64,000 bases of DNA, taken from an uncultured cyanobacterium (GTDB taxonomy: Bacteria; Cyanobacteriota; Cyanobacteriia; Cyanobacteriales; CAWUOF01). Location: contig CAVUSO010000001.1 of the NCBI GenBank assembly GCA_963744145.1, positions 6,048,001-6,112,000 of the forward strand. The letters run 5' to 3'. Below the pieces are notes generated by a model that was given only the letters and a program-made list of their open reading frames with translations, made no database searches and was not told the origin of the DNA. Shown in pieces: positions 24,595 to 34,625 of the stretch. Numbering within the stretch: the stretch's first letter is position 1; the number at the start of each line of letters is the position of its first letter. The position numbers and the translations under genes are program-made.

Positions 24595-24603
24595 ATTATA
24601 ACA
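24595..24603 (-). promoter_or_regulatory. extended -10 promoter (TGnTATAAT) upstream of nblA
   Basis: The minus strand reads TGTTATAAT about 115 nt upstream of the nblA ATG. Confidence 0.55.
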
Positions 24604-24761
24604 ATGGTTTGACAAAATTACCACTATGGTAATTAGGATTGTTTTCAAAACTTGACAAAGCAAGTTCCAGAGGGTCATAACCAAGTTGTATCAATTTGCA
24701 ATCCGTCAAAATGCTCAAAGTGAACCAAATTTTGGCGATCGGCCCAACCCCGAAAATGGAC

Positions 24762-24796
24762 AAATCCCGCGATCGGTACTAGCGATCGCGGGATTT
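24762..24796. terminator. hairpin built on HIP1-like arms, probable terminator of the DUF4168 gene
   Basis: AAATCCCGCGATCG-gtactag-CGATCGCGGGATTT forms a perfect 14-bp stem. Confidence 0.55.
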
Positions 24797-24853
24797 CTCA
24801 GGGTTTGATTTGGGCCAAGCTAATGCTTAATCAGATCGAATCAGGCCCAATGG

Positions 24854-25360
24854 TTAAGGGTGTTGTTGCAAATTGAGCAAAGCATTGTTGATCTTTTGTT
24901 TTAGATCTGAGTTTGTGGCCATGGCCGCCGTAATCTGGTTAAATTGTTCAACGCTCAAGCCATTACTTTTGATAATATTCGTAGACTGATTGCAGAAATT
25001 TTTAGCAGTATTACGGACATCATCAGTCGTGGTGAGTTGGTTCAAGCTTGCTGTTGTACAGAAAGTTTCTGGAATATCACTACCAATTTTTTTTTTAATA
25101 GTGTTGTATGCCTCTTGACGAAAATGTTCTATCTGCAAAATTGCCTTTGCATAACTGTTGATCTGTTGATCGGTGATCTGTTGGTCGGTAATAGAATCTA
25201 CAGCATAGACTAAAGAATTAAACTCTAATTTAGCAAAATGTCCCGACCAATTAGGGACAAGGCCCAAAAACAACTCGATCCCAACCAGGATACTGACTAT
25301 TAACCATCGCGATCGGAGCCAGTTGAGGGAAAAGCCAGAGTAAGAGAGAATCATAATCAT
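24854..25360 (-). CDS. DUF4168 domain secreted protein
   Basis: Hydrophobic N-terminus, I.SYAKAILQIE..RQ and NGLSVEQFNQIT. Confidence 0.75.
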   Translation of the reverse strand: MIMILSYSGFSLNWLRSRWLIVSILVGIELFLGLVPNWSGHFAKLEFNSLVYAVDSITDQQITDQQINSYAKAILQIEHFRQEAYNTIKKKIGSDIPETFCTTASLNQLTTTDDVRNTAKNFCNQSTNIIKSNGLSVEQFNQITAAMATNSDLKQKINNALLNLQQHP

Positions 25361-25646
25361 CAGATCTAAAGTAAAAAAACCCAGACGACACAGGGCTTAA
25401 ATATGGGGAGCCCTTTTTTCAAGGAGAAGTTCCTTTTAATCTTTAACTTTAATGCTTTTTTTTGAGACTAGCCATTGGGCGATCGGCCAATTTTTATAAT
25501 GGTATTACCTCAGTTTACACCCAAGCTCAACTAGGCAAATTTATTTAACTTCAGTTTTCTAATTTTATCATCATTCCTTTTCGAGTCTGAATCAACCCCA
25601 TAAACCTTAAATTTATCAAAATGTGCTGATTACTTTGAGTCAAAAA

Positions 25647-26606
25647 TTAGGCTTTTCCTATATAGTAGAAACCAGGACGATCCCAAAAGTTTGATGATCG
25701 TTTCTGCACTTGTCCCTCTTCAGTATTTTGGAATAAAACAGTGAAAGCACCTGCACCCATCCCAGCTTGGGGCCACATCCGGTAGCAAGGAATAGCCGAC
25801 AAGTGTGATTGATAGTTAATTAAATCAGGAATTATCACAGGTACAAACTGGGGAAATTTGGTCAGAAACCATTCTCCCACTTCTTCATTTTCTTCTGGTG
25901 AATAAGTACAAGTCATATAAGCTAGATATCCTTGTGGAGCGACGATTTGGGCGGAATTTCCTAAAATTCTTTTTTGTCGATTGGCATTTTTATTAATATT
26001 TATTGGATGGAAACAGCCTACTGCTTTTTCACCTTTTGCTAATAAAGATTGACCCGAACAAGGTGCATCGACTATGACTAGGTTAGCAGTTTTATTAATT
26101 AATTCTGCTACATATTTGACATCCATACTGAAAACATAAGCTGGACTAATTTGGCAACGTTTTAAATTAGAAATTAACATCCCGATGCGTTTACCAATGA
26201 CTTCGTTGCTGACCAGTAATTCCGGGGCTAAAGCTCGATAAGCAAAGATACTTTTTCCTCCTGGAGCGGCACAGAGATCGCAAATTAAATGTACAGGAGT
26301 TGAGATTGTTAATAAGGTTGAAGCGGCAAAGACAGAAGAGAAATCCAGACAATAAAAATGGCCGATGACATGGCCAGGATGCTGGCCTGGTCTTGACCCA
26401 ATTTCAAGACGATCTACAAAAGTAGGTTGCCAGGGTAAGGAAGATAATACTGGTAGGGAAAAATTGGTTGGTTTTTGCTGACACCAGAGGATACTAGGTG
26501 CAAATAGACTAGGTTGAACCAAAGCATGAACAAATTTTTCTTGTTCCGTTGAGTCACTAAATAGTCGTTGACTTAATTTAAGTAATAGTTTGGTCGGTTT
26601 TTCCAT
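25647..26606 (-). CDS. RsmB/NOP2 family RNA (cytosine-C5) methyltransferase
   Basis: DLCAAPGGKS, VDAPCSG and YMTCTYSPEENE. Confidence 0.9.
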   Translation of the reverse strand: MEKPTKLLLKLSQRLFSDSTEQEKFVHALVQPSLFAPSILWCQQKPTNFSLPVLSSLPWQPTFVDRLEIGSRPGQHPGHVIGHFYCLDFSSVFAASTLLTISTPVHLICDLCAAPGGKSIFAYRALAPELLVSNEVIGKRIGMLISNLKRCQISPAYVFSMDVKYVAELINKTANLVIVDAPCSGQSLLAKGEKAVGCFHPININKNANRQKRILGNSAQIVAPQGYLAYMTCTYSPEENEEVGEWFLTKFPQFVPVIIPDLINYQSHLSAIPCYRMWPQAGMGAGAFTVLFQNTEEGQVQKRSSNFWDRPGFYYIGKA

Positions 26607-26830
26607 TCCTTAATTATCTGTGCTAATCGGCGATCGCCAGCTTGATGAGGACATATTTTTTTGTGGTTGGGAAAATTAAGGCAAGTAGAAAAAGGTGTGG
26701 ATCTAGTCTTGGCGATCGCCTAAAATAGTGGAAACAACATAGACAACTAACCAGGGATAGAATAGCATGGTAAGCATGACTCATTTCAACTTCTTAAGGA
26801 TCAGTTGACAAAGGCAAAAAAGTAAAATTT

Positions 26831-27673
26831 ATGGAATGGGCCAAATACATCCAAGAGCCTAAATATCTGGTATTAGGCATTGCTACTGGTTTAATTGCAC
26901 TTCATCTTACCTTAATTGGAAGAACCAATAACCTGGATCTGCTGGGGAGCAGTATGCTTTTTTGGGGAGCAGTTGCTTTTCTGGTATCAGACAAACAAGA
27001 GCAACTCCGTTGGGAAAGCGGAGTTTTCTCCAGTTTTTTTGGTGCGACATTGATCACTTTTATCCTATTGAGAAGTCTCTCTATTAATGGGTATGATATT
27101 TTCCTGCGGTTTTTACCTTTTCTTGCCGCTTTCAGTGTTGCTTTAATGGCGTCTGGGTGGAAAGGATTAAAGCAATATTGGCAAGAGTTAGCAATTCTGT
27201 GCTTTCTGATGATTCCGCCAGGATTACCCGCAATTTTTATTGATGTCGCCCAAATAACAGCTAAATTTACTGGTTTTATCCTCTGGTATTTAGGCTTTCA
27301 CGTAATTCGAGAAGGTCTGAGTCTCAAACTACCTAATGGAACAGTAGTAGTCGAGGAAGGTTGTTCAGGTGTCAGTGTCATTTTGCAACTTTTGGGACTA
27401 TCAATCATTTTATTATTTATGTTTCCCGAACTCAAATTAAACAAAAAAATCATTGCACCAATTGTGGCAATTTTTTTAGCGTTTATCGTTAACTCCATCC
27501 GAGTTGCACTCTTAGCTGTTTTGGTCGCTTATTCTAATAAAGAATCTTTTGAATATTGGCACAAAGGAACTGGTTCTCTGATTTTTTCCATGATTGCTGT
27601 GGCCATATTTGGATTATTTTGCCAATTTGTGCTACTGCGGGATGATGATGTAGGTAAGCAGAATCTGACTTAA
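26831..27673 (+). CDS. crtA: cyanoexosortase A
   Basis: Multi-TM protein with the exosortase Cys/Arg/His triad (EEGCSG, NSIRV, YWH). Confidence 0.88.
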   Translation: MEWAKYIQEPKYLVLGIATGLIALHLTLIGRTNNLDLLGSSMLFWGAVAFLVSDKQEQLRWESGVFSSFFGATLITFILLRSLSINGYDIFLRFLPFLAAFSVALMASGWKGLKQYWQELAILCFLMIPPGLPAIFIDVAQITAKFTGFILWYLGFHVIREGLSLKLPNGTVVVEEGCSGVSVILQLLGLSIILLFMFPELKLNKKIIAPIVAIFLAFIVNSIRVALLAVLVAYSNKESFEYWHKGTGSLIFSMIAVAIFGLFCQFVLLRDDDVGKQNLT

Positions 27674-27741
27674 GAAAAACGAAACTATTTGTGCTATAAT
27701 TTATTTTAATCATGGTTGTGGTAAAAAATACTGCTAACAAA

Positions 27742-28416
27742 ATGACCAATTGGCAACGTGTGAGGATCGGGCTGCTGACTGTAACCTTGATTGCTGTCCT
27801 TTTTATTTTGGGAAAATTAACTTTTTATCCTCCGGTTGATAATTTTACTTTTACTCCATTTCAATTTCCCAAAACCGTTCCCTTATCGACCTGGGAGCAG
27901 ATCGATAGTGTACCTTTAAAATCGAAAGATTATCCAGATGTTTTGACCAGTTGGCAATATAAATATCAAAAAAATCTTGATGCTAATTCGTGGAAATTGG
28001 ATATAGATATGCGTTATTTAGTTAACACTGATGGTAAAGTCGAAAAATGGATGCAGGAAATTGCAGGAATGAAGTTTTCTGCGGCGAAATTAAGCTATGG
28101 TAATCAAGCCGGAGTAGGTAGCTATGGACTATTAGAGTATCAAGAAAGAGCCTATTTGAGTTCTTGTATCAACCCCAGGGGATTGAGTACATTTGAACTT
28201 GACCAATTTCGCCAAAATCGGAATCTCTACGATCTGCAATTTAGTCGGATATTAGCTTGGATTTTGGGTCGAGAAAGCTTAAAAGATAACCGTTGTTTAT
28301 GGTCTCAGCTTTCTTTACCTTTAGAAAAAACTGATCTTAATAAAGCTTATAAAATCTTAGCAGCAGTATGGAGTGATTGGTATCAGTGGTGGCAACCACG
28401 TTTTCCACCTTCTTAA
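27742..28416 (+). CDS. cyanoexosortase A system-associated protein
   Basis: Directly follows crtA. Motifs AYLSSCINPRG, D.RCLW and W..WY.WWQPRFP. The start could be 27712 or 27742. Confidence 0.85.
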   Translation: MTNWQRVRIGLLTVTLIAVLFILGKLTFYPPVDNFTFTPFQFPKTVPLSTWEQIDSVPLKSKDYPDVLTSWQYKYQKNLDANSWKLDIDMRYLVNTDGKVEKWMQEIAGMKFSAAKLSYGNQAGVGSYGLLEYQERAYLSSCINPRGLSTFELDQFRQNRNLYDLQFSRILAWILGRESLKDNRCLWSQLSLPLEKTDLNKAYKILAAVWSDWYQWWQPRFPPS

Positions 28417-28491
28417 TCTGCAAAAACTACAGACAAAATCGGAAAATTTTTGTACTATTACTATTGACAACAATATCAAAAATCATAATTT

Positions 28492-29178
28492 ATGAATGGC
28501 ATGGAAGAAAACCAGGGACAGTCTATCTATAGACTACGTTGGGTCGGCTACGGTTTAGTCTTGTTTGCTCTATTTGACGTTATTCAAATTTTGATCCCAC
28601 CAAATTTCATGGACCCGGTGTGGGAATTACAAACAATTGGAGCTTTAGTGGAACGAGTTCCTGTTCCTTTGATTGGACTCTTGTTAATTTTTTTTGGAGA
28701 AGATTTCGATCGCACTAGAATCGAAGATTTTTTGTTGAAATTCGGGAGATGGTTTTTGCTAATTTTGGCACTAATCTTCCTGGGATTAGTACCCCTAGGG
28801 ATTGTTGATACAATCCGAATTAATGCCAAAAATAATGACCAAATTACCAGCTTAGAGCAAAAACAGCTCAACCAGCTAAGTGGTGTCGAAACCCAAGTCA
28901 ATAAGGGGACAAATGAAGAGATTAAAAGTCTGGGAGCAGACCTAAACCGGATCGGGATAGCAGTAGATAGTCAAAAACCTGATGAACTAAGAAGCAAAAT
29001 TCTCGAAAGACTAAATACTGCTAAAACTCAAGTACCACAACAAGCAAAGACAACGCGTTCAAATCAGCGTCTGCTCTTACTGAAAAATTCAGTAAAATGG
29101 AACATTGGTGCTTTGGTTTCTAGTGTCCTCTACTTTATTCTCTGGAAAAGTACAAATTGGACAAACAAACTTGGCTAA
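28492..29178 (+). CDS. hpsJ: HpsJ family (hormogonium polysaccharide biosynthesis) membrane protein
   Basis: LRWVGYGL, P.FMDP.WELQTIGALVERVPVPL and KNSVKWNIGAL, in a cyanoexosortase context. Confidence 0.78.
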   Translation: MNGMEENQGQSIYRLRWVGYGLVLFALFDVIQILIPPNFMDPVWELQTIGALVERVPVPLIGLLLIFFGEDFDRTRIEDFLLKFGRWFLLILALIFLGLVPLGIVDTIRINAKNNDQITSLEQKQLNQLSGVETQVNKGTNEEIKSLGADLNRIGIAVDSQKPDELRSKILERLNTAKTQVPQQAKTTRSNQRLLLLKNSVKWNIGALVSSVLYFILWKSTNWTNKLG

Positions 29179-29539
29179 GAGTCTCAAGTAGAAAACCAGA
29201 CAATTTTGGGGACGGTCATTGGCCCAATAATTACTCTGGTTCTGATACCTTCTGAGCAATTTGGGGAAAGCTTGATTGTAAGTAAGGAGTAAGTCAATAT
29301 TTCTTCTTATTTTAAAAAAAACTTGCCGCTCTTGGTGCCAAGTAAGGAATAATCAGTTTAATCTTAAATTAGCTGTACTCCATCAGTCAGAGAATGCCAT
29401 CGATGAGGTGCCCTCAACTTAGGCAGATTATTGATCAGGAATAGCATGAACCTGAATGTTGGGACTGTATCCATGGGAATTACTACAGCACTTAAGTTGA
29501 TAACTGATCAAAGTCTTTTTGTAAAATCACAGTTTTCTT

Positions 29540-30913
29540 ATGTCAGACTCTCGTCCTCCGGTTCCACCCCCTCCTGGATCTCGTGGAGTTCCCCCTGCAC
29601 CACCGCCTGGGCGACCTCCTGCTAATGGTGCTATTCCAGGAACGGGGCAAAGAATGCCCGCGCCCACTATGCCCCCACCACCAGGTACAGGGGTTCCCCG
29701 TAATCCGACTGCACCACCACCAATGCCCGGAAGACCGCCTGCTGGCTCGACAGCTCCCACTAATCCGACGACACCAACACCTCAATCTAGTGCCCCAAAA
29801 GCACCTCAACCGACAGCACCAGTCATGGTTAGTGGTAATGGACCAAGTCCAGGACAACCAACTTTAGCTCAAATTGTCCGTAAAGCTTTTGATGATGGTA
29901 TTTCTGATATCCACGTTGGTGTAGGGGAAGCTCCTCGATTTCGCAAACGGGGTGACATGATCAACACCGATTTTCCCGAAACAGATTATCCCAGTTTTAT
30001 GAGTTGGTTGCGGGAGGTAATGAGTGACGAAGAAATTAATCACTTTGAGGATCATCTAGACTTTGACGGTGTTACCCAATACGAATTCTCACGGGCACGG
30101 ATTAATGTGTTCGGTTCGATGAAGGGTCCGGCAATGGTCATGCGTTTGATTCCGAATAATATTTTAAGTATGGAGCAGTTAAAACTGCCGGAGGTATTCA
30201 GAGACATCTGTCATTATCATAAAGGTCTGGTTTTGGTGACAGGACCAACGGGATCTGGTAAGTCTACTACAATGGCTGCCATGATTGACTTCATTAACAA
30301 AAATATGCCCAAACATATTATTACTATTGAAGACCCGATTGAGTTTGTGCATACCAGCCGACAGTCTTTGATTAAACACCGAGAAGTTGGACAGCATACC
30401 AGAAAATTTGATAATGCTTTGAAAGCTGCACTACGGGAAGATCCAGATTTGATTCTGGTCGGGGAAATGCGGGATAAGGAAACCGTGAATACTGCGCTTA
30501 AAGCTGCCCAAACTGGTCACTTGGTGATGGGAACTTTGCACACTAATAGCGCGGTGAAAACGATTGAGCGGATTCTAAACCTTTATTCGGCTGAAGAACA
30601 GCAATCGATGAAGGTTGCGATCTCTGAATCTTTGATGGCGATCGTTGCTCAGGGTTTGTGCAAAACAACGGATGGTAAGCGGGCTGCCTATCACGATATC
30701 TTGATTAGTACCGATGCGATCAAGGAATATATTTTGCGTGGGCAGTATGAGGAAATTACTCAAATCATGCAAAGATCCAGTTTTGATGGGATGCAAACCA
30801 TGAACCAAGCTCTCTATAATCTTTATAGTGAAGGTCGCATTACCGAAGAAGAAGCTTTGGAAAAATCTCCTACTCCCAACGAAATGGCTCAGATGTTGCG
30901 TGGTCGAGTCTAA
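29540..30913 (+). CDS. pilT: type IV pilus retraction ATPase PilT with Pro-rich N-terminal extension (PilT2-like)
   Basis: GPTGSGKSTT, TIEDPIE, ALREDPD..LVGEMRD and GHLVMGTLHT. Confidence 0.92.
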   Translation: MSDSRPPVPPPPGSRGVPPAPPPGRPPANGAIPGTGQRMPAPTMPPPPGTGVPRNPTAPPPMPGRPPAGSTAPTNPTTPTPQSSAPKAPQPTAPVMVSGNGPSPGQPTLAQIVRKAFDDGISDIHVGVGEAPRFRKRGDMINTDFPETDYPSFMSWLREVMSDEEINHFEDHLDFDGVTQYEFSRARINVFGSMKGPAMVMRLIPNNILSMEQLKLPEVFRDICHYHKGLVLVTGPTGSGKSTTMAAMIDFINKNMPKHIITIEDPIEFVHTSRQSLIKHREVGQHTRKFDNALKAALREDPDLILVGEMRDKETVNTALKAAQTGHLVMGTLHTNSAVKTIERILNLYSAEEQQSMKVAISESLMAIVAQGLCKTTDGKRAAYHDILISTDAIKEYILRGQYEEITQIMQRSSFDGMQTMNQALYNLYSEGRITEEEALEKSPTPNEMAQMLRGRV

Positions 30914-30951
30914 ATAATATCTTTCCCAACTTATTCTGGAAATGTTATGAT

Positions 30952-30975
30952 CGAGGCTTGCCCTCGTTTTTTTTT
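30952..30975 (+). terminator. possible intrinsic terminator after pilT
   Basis: CGAGG-CTTGC-CCTCG followed by T9. The stem is short. Confidence 0.4.
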
Positions 30976-30998
30976 CCTATTATTAATTTTGCCAGTAT

Positions 30999-32003
30999 AT
31001 GATTCAGACTAATTCTGTTGAGGTCGGCCCCATTACACTTTTTACCGAAAAAATAGGTAACTCTTTAACAAAACGTCCAATTAGGGTTTTACAAATTAAT
31101 TTAGGTAAAAGATGTAATCTTGTTTGTAATCATTGTCATGTGGAAGCTTCACCAAAACGAACTGAAGAATTAACCCCAGAAATTTGCCACCAATTAATTG
31201 AGTTAATTAACAAATTTCCCCAAATTAAAACCGTGGATCTTACTGGTGGTGCGCCAGAAATGTTATCTGGGTTTAAACCATTAGTAGCAGCAGCAAGATT
31301 AGCAGGTAAAGAGGTAATAGTTCGATCTAATTTGACTATTTATTTTGAACCTGGATTTGAGGATATTCCGGAATATTGTCAGCAAAATCAGGTCAGAATT
31401 GTTGCGTCGCTACCTTGTTATCTGCAAGATAATGTTGATCAAATGCGAGGGAATGGTGTTTATGATGCTTCGATTCGGGCTCTACAATATCTCAATCATC
31501 TTGGTTATGGAAGAAGTGCTAATTTAATTTTAGATTTGGTGTATAACCCCCCACTTCCTAATTCAGAAAAATTTACTCTTCCCCCTGAACAAGGTAGACT
31601 AGAAAGAGATTATAAAGTGTTCTTGCAGGAACATTTTGATATTTTATTTAATCACTTATTTACTATTACTAATTTACCAATTGGTCGGACTAAGTTTAGT
31701 CTAGAGCGTAGACAATTATATGAGTCTTATTTACGTTTTTTAGAAGATAATTTTAATTCCAGTACCATTAGTTATTTAATGTGTCGAGAGCAACTTTCGA
31801 TCGATTATTTAGGTAATGTTTATGATTGTGATTTTAATCAGATGGTGGGGTTGGGTGCAAAAAGTGTTAATGGTGAACTCCTGACGGTTGCGAAATTGTT
31901 AGCTACGGAAAGTTTAGATTTAATTAAGGAAGTGCAGACTGCTCCTTTTTGCTATGGTTGTACTGCTGGTTGTGGTTCTAGCTGTGGTGGTGCTTTGGTT
32001 TAA
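30999..32003 (+). CDS. arsS: arsenosugar biosynthesis radical SAM protein ArsS family
   Basis: CNLVCNHCH radical SAM motif, DLTGGAPE, YDCDFNQM and C-terminal CYGCTAGCGSSCGG. Confidence 0.85.
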   Translation: MIQTNSVEVGPITLFTEKIGNSLTKRPIRVLQINLGKRCNLVCNHCHVEASPKRTEELTPEICHQLIELINKFPQIKTVDLTGGAPEMLSGFKPLVAAARLAGKEVIVRSNLTIYFEPGFEDIPEYCQQNQVRIVASLPCYLQDNVDQMRGNGVYDASIRALQYLNHLGYGRSANLILDLVYNPPLPNSEKFTLPPEQGRLERDYKVFLQEHFDILFNHLFTITNLPIGRTKFSLERRQLYESYLRFLEDNFNSSTISYLMCREQLSIDYLGNVYDCDFNQMVGLGAKSVNGELLTVAKLLATESLDLIKEVQTAPFCYGCTAGCGSSCGGALV

Positions 32004-32032
32004 CTTAACTTTTTCCAAAATTGGGGTGCTAC

Positions 32033-32316
32033 TAATACCAATTTTTGATGAAACTGTATAGAATTGATCCCCCCACCCCCCAGGACTGTTTCATGCTAGC
32101 AGAACCTCTCCCCCAACCCCTCTCCTAACGGTCAAGAGGAGCAAGAATAAATCGATTCTTCCTCCCATCAATTTAATCATCTTAATTACTCCCCCTTCCT
32201 TCTTAGGGAAGGGGGTTGGGGGGTTAGGTCAGATTATATGAGAATCGAGCATGAAACAGCCCTGCTACTTCTTAAGGGGGATCTAAATTTGTGCAACTTC
32301 ACATTAAATTGGTATA
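32033..32316. mobile_element. MITE (family of 23831-23970) carrying a nested second MITE at 32081-32264
   Basis: Outer ends are TAATACCAATT / AATTGGTATA. Inner inverted repeats are CAGGACTGTTTCATGCT / AGCATGAAACAGCCCTG (16/17 match). Confidence 0.7.
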
Positions 32317-32318
32317 AC

Positions 32319-32918
32319 CTAATTCTGACTAATCCCTTTTAATAATTCAAGTCTTGCTTCTAAAATATCTGGTATTTGCAAACACTGTAACAGTAAATTT
32401 ATATCCAAATCTGGTAAAATTTCACTGCGAGAAATTTGCACATAACCTGACTCCCGCAAATGGTATAAAGACAATTGATTGTTTTGCCAAAACCAAACTT
32501 CAAAGAATAGGAAGCGACGATATTTTTCTAGTTTATTGATATTTCCACTGGTAATAATAATTTCAATTGCTAAATCAGGATGGCTCTTTTTTTCTCTTAA
32601 GTAATAAGACTCATCAGGTTCAAAAGAAACATCTTTATCTTGATCTCGCTGAGTTGTACTGCCGATCGGAAAAAATCTTATTCCTTTTTCAACAAAATAA
32701 ACTTCTAATAAAAATCTTAAAACAGATTTAATCCTTTCGTGAGTTTCCCCTAATGTCATTAGTTCGATCGTGCTATCTAAATAAGTTACCCGTAAACCTG
32801 GTGTATCGGTCAACCATATCTCTAATTCCAGAAATTGCGCCCAACTGTAATAACCAGGTAAGGTTAAACGTTGTTCATTAATTGTGGGATCAGTTTTTTT
32901 AATTAATTGGACGGTCAT
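32319..32918 (-). CDS. Uma2 family endonuclease
   Basis: GSTT....D.SFEPDESY...PDLAIEI. The start is probably the internal Met (MTVQL). Confidence 0.88.
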   Translation of the reverse strand: MTVQLIKKTDPTINEQRLTLPGYYSWAQFLELEIWLTDTPGLRVTYLDSTIELMTLGETHERIKSVLRFLLEVYFVEKGIRFFPIGSTTQRDQDKDVSFEPDESYYLREKKSHPDLAIEIIITSGNINKLEKYRRFLFFEVWFWQNNQLSLYHLRESGYVQISRSEILPDLDINLLLQCLQIPDILEARLELLKGISQN

Positions 32919-33165
32919 AATTGGAAGTTTCCGACCAAATGATACTGCTGCTATTGTGATCATTATACCAATCAGCTCAACCTAGTTCTCCAGGTATATA
33001 ATTTTTAGTGGATATATAAAGTTTTATTACAAAATCAGGTAATTTGCATAGTAAGTAAGGTTTGCACCTGATATATAGTCAGAAACTATTTTTAGACTAG
33101 GGTGAGGACACAAAAAATTTCTCAGTCTTCTCTCTATATACTAATTATTAGTTTTTGTCAATCTA

Positions 33166-33825
33166 AAACGCAATGTTGGTAATCACTTACTATTAGTAGG
33201 TGATCAGTTTGAAGAAATTTATATTTCCGATCAGAAAGAAGAACAGCAAAAATTATAGGAACAGCAACAACAAAGTTTTTTAGCTCTGCTTTTAGAAGCC
33301 GTTAAAAATATCCCAAATTTTCACTTTATCTTCACTTTACGGGCTGATTTTTTAGGATACGCTTTATCTTATGCGGATATCAAACTTGGTCCAATGTCTC
33401 GTCAGAGTTTGCAAGAAGCCATTAAAAAGCCAGCACTAAAAATGAATGTAAACAGCGATTTGACGGAAGCAGATCTCCACCTAGCGAACTTCTCAAACGG
33501 AAATCTATCACGAGCTAACTTAATGCGAGCTAATCTATCCAACGCTTATGCTTCAGATGTAAATTTTCAGCAAGCTGATCTTTCAGACGCAAATTTATCG
33601 AACGCTTTGCTAACTAACAGTGATTTCTCTGGGGCTAAACTATATAAAACTAACTTTGAAAGAGCAGATTTATCGGGAGCTAATTTTGAGGGAGTTGAAG
33701 GTTTAAAACCAGAGCAGCTTGAAAGTGCAAATAACTGGAAAAAAGCTAAATATGATCCAGCATTTTGTAAAAAATATCAGGATTTTTGTGAAAAGTTAAA
33801 GGTGAAAACCTGTGATGATAATTAA
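33166..33825 (+). pseudogene. degraded nSTAND-type NTPase fragment fused to pentapeptide repeats
   Basis: In frame upstream of the ORF lie LLLVGDQFEEIY and FTLRADFLG.ALSY..LGPM, with an internal TAG at 33256-33258. A(D/N)Lxx repeats follow. Confidence 0.7.
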
Positions 33826-33953
33826 TTATAGAATATGAATACAACCTAGGAATTAATTAACTTTTTTAACTGTAAGGATAACAACAAGGTTAAAATCTTC
33901 AGATATTTAGTCATGAATTGATTCTTGCGAATCACGCTGGCTATTTTCATGTT

Positions 33954-34625
33954 TTAGCTAGGGTTGGTATCTGCATTTTCAATCGAATCCTTCTTCATTT
34001 TTACCCAAGCTCGAAAAGCTTTCATTGTTTTATTTCTACCCTCAACTTTACTGCGTTCTAAATATTTAGGAATTACCTCAACCAGAGAAAATCCTGGAAA
34101 ATGAGGACTTTCATTTACCTGAATATATTGACCGAATTGTAATACATTAATTTCTAATTTTGTCCCGTTAAAGCGCCATAGTTCTCCTACTCCTAACGCT
34201 TCATAATTGTTAAAATGTGTGCGGGAAGTAATATCAATCTCAATCGCTAAATCTGGCGGTGGATCTACAGTTAAATCAATTCGCTTCTTCCCCCGAACTG
34301 CTGCTTCATTTTCGATATAAAAACAATCATCAGCTTCGATTCCCTGATTCATAGTTTCGCTTTTAAAAGTAGTTGAACCCAAGCTCCAAAATTCCAGATC
34401 GAGTTCTTCAAGAATAGCTTTGACGAGATCGCCAATCATTATTTTACCCACTTCGTGTTCGGGTAGGGGCACCATAATTTCTAAAGCTCCCTGACTGTAA
34501 TTAATTAGACTTCCTCGTTTTTCGCCGAACTCCTCTAGCAGTTGTTCATACATCTGCCAACTGACATTATTGAGGAGAAGTTGTTGACCAGGGGGCACGA
34601 TTATTTGGTTGAGTTTGACTTGCAT
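33954..34625 (-). CDS. Uma2 family endonuclease
   Basis: VSWQ.YE.LL, GSTTFK, EADDCFYI and PPPDLAIEID.TS. Confidence 0.92.
   Translation of the reverse strand: MQVKLNQIIVPPGQQLLLNNVSWQMYEQLLEEFGEKRGSLINYSQGALEIMVPLPEHEVGKIMIGDLVKAILEELDLEFWSLGSTTFKSETMNQGIEADDCFYIENEAAVRGKKRIDLTVDPPPDLAIEIDITSRTHFNNYEALGVGELWRFNGTKLEINVLQFGQYIQVNESPHFPGFSLVEVIPKYLERSKVEGRNKTMKAFRAWVKMKKDSIENADTNPS

Noticed and set aside
29330..29540. Riboswitch (e.g. c-di-GMP) upstream of pilT
   Set aside because: No recognisable conserved aptamer motifs.
29431..29867. Several overlapping ORFs at the pilT 5' end
   Set aside because: They are shadow frames of the GC-rich, Pro-rich N-terminal coding region.
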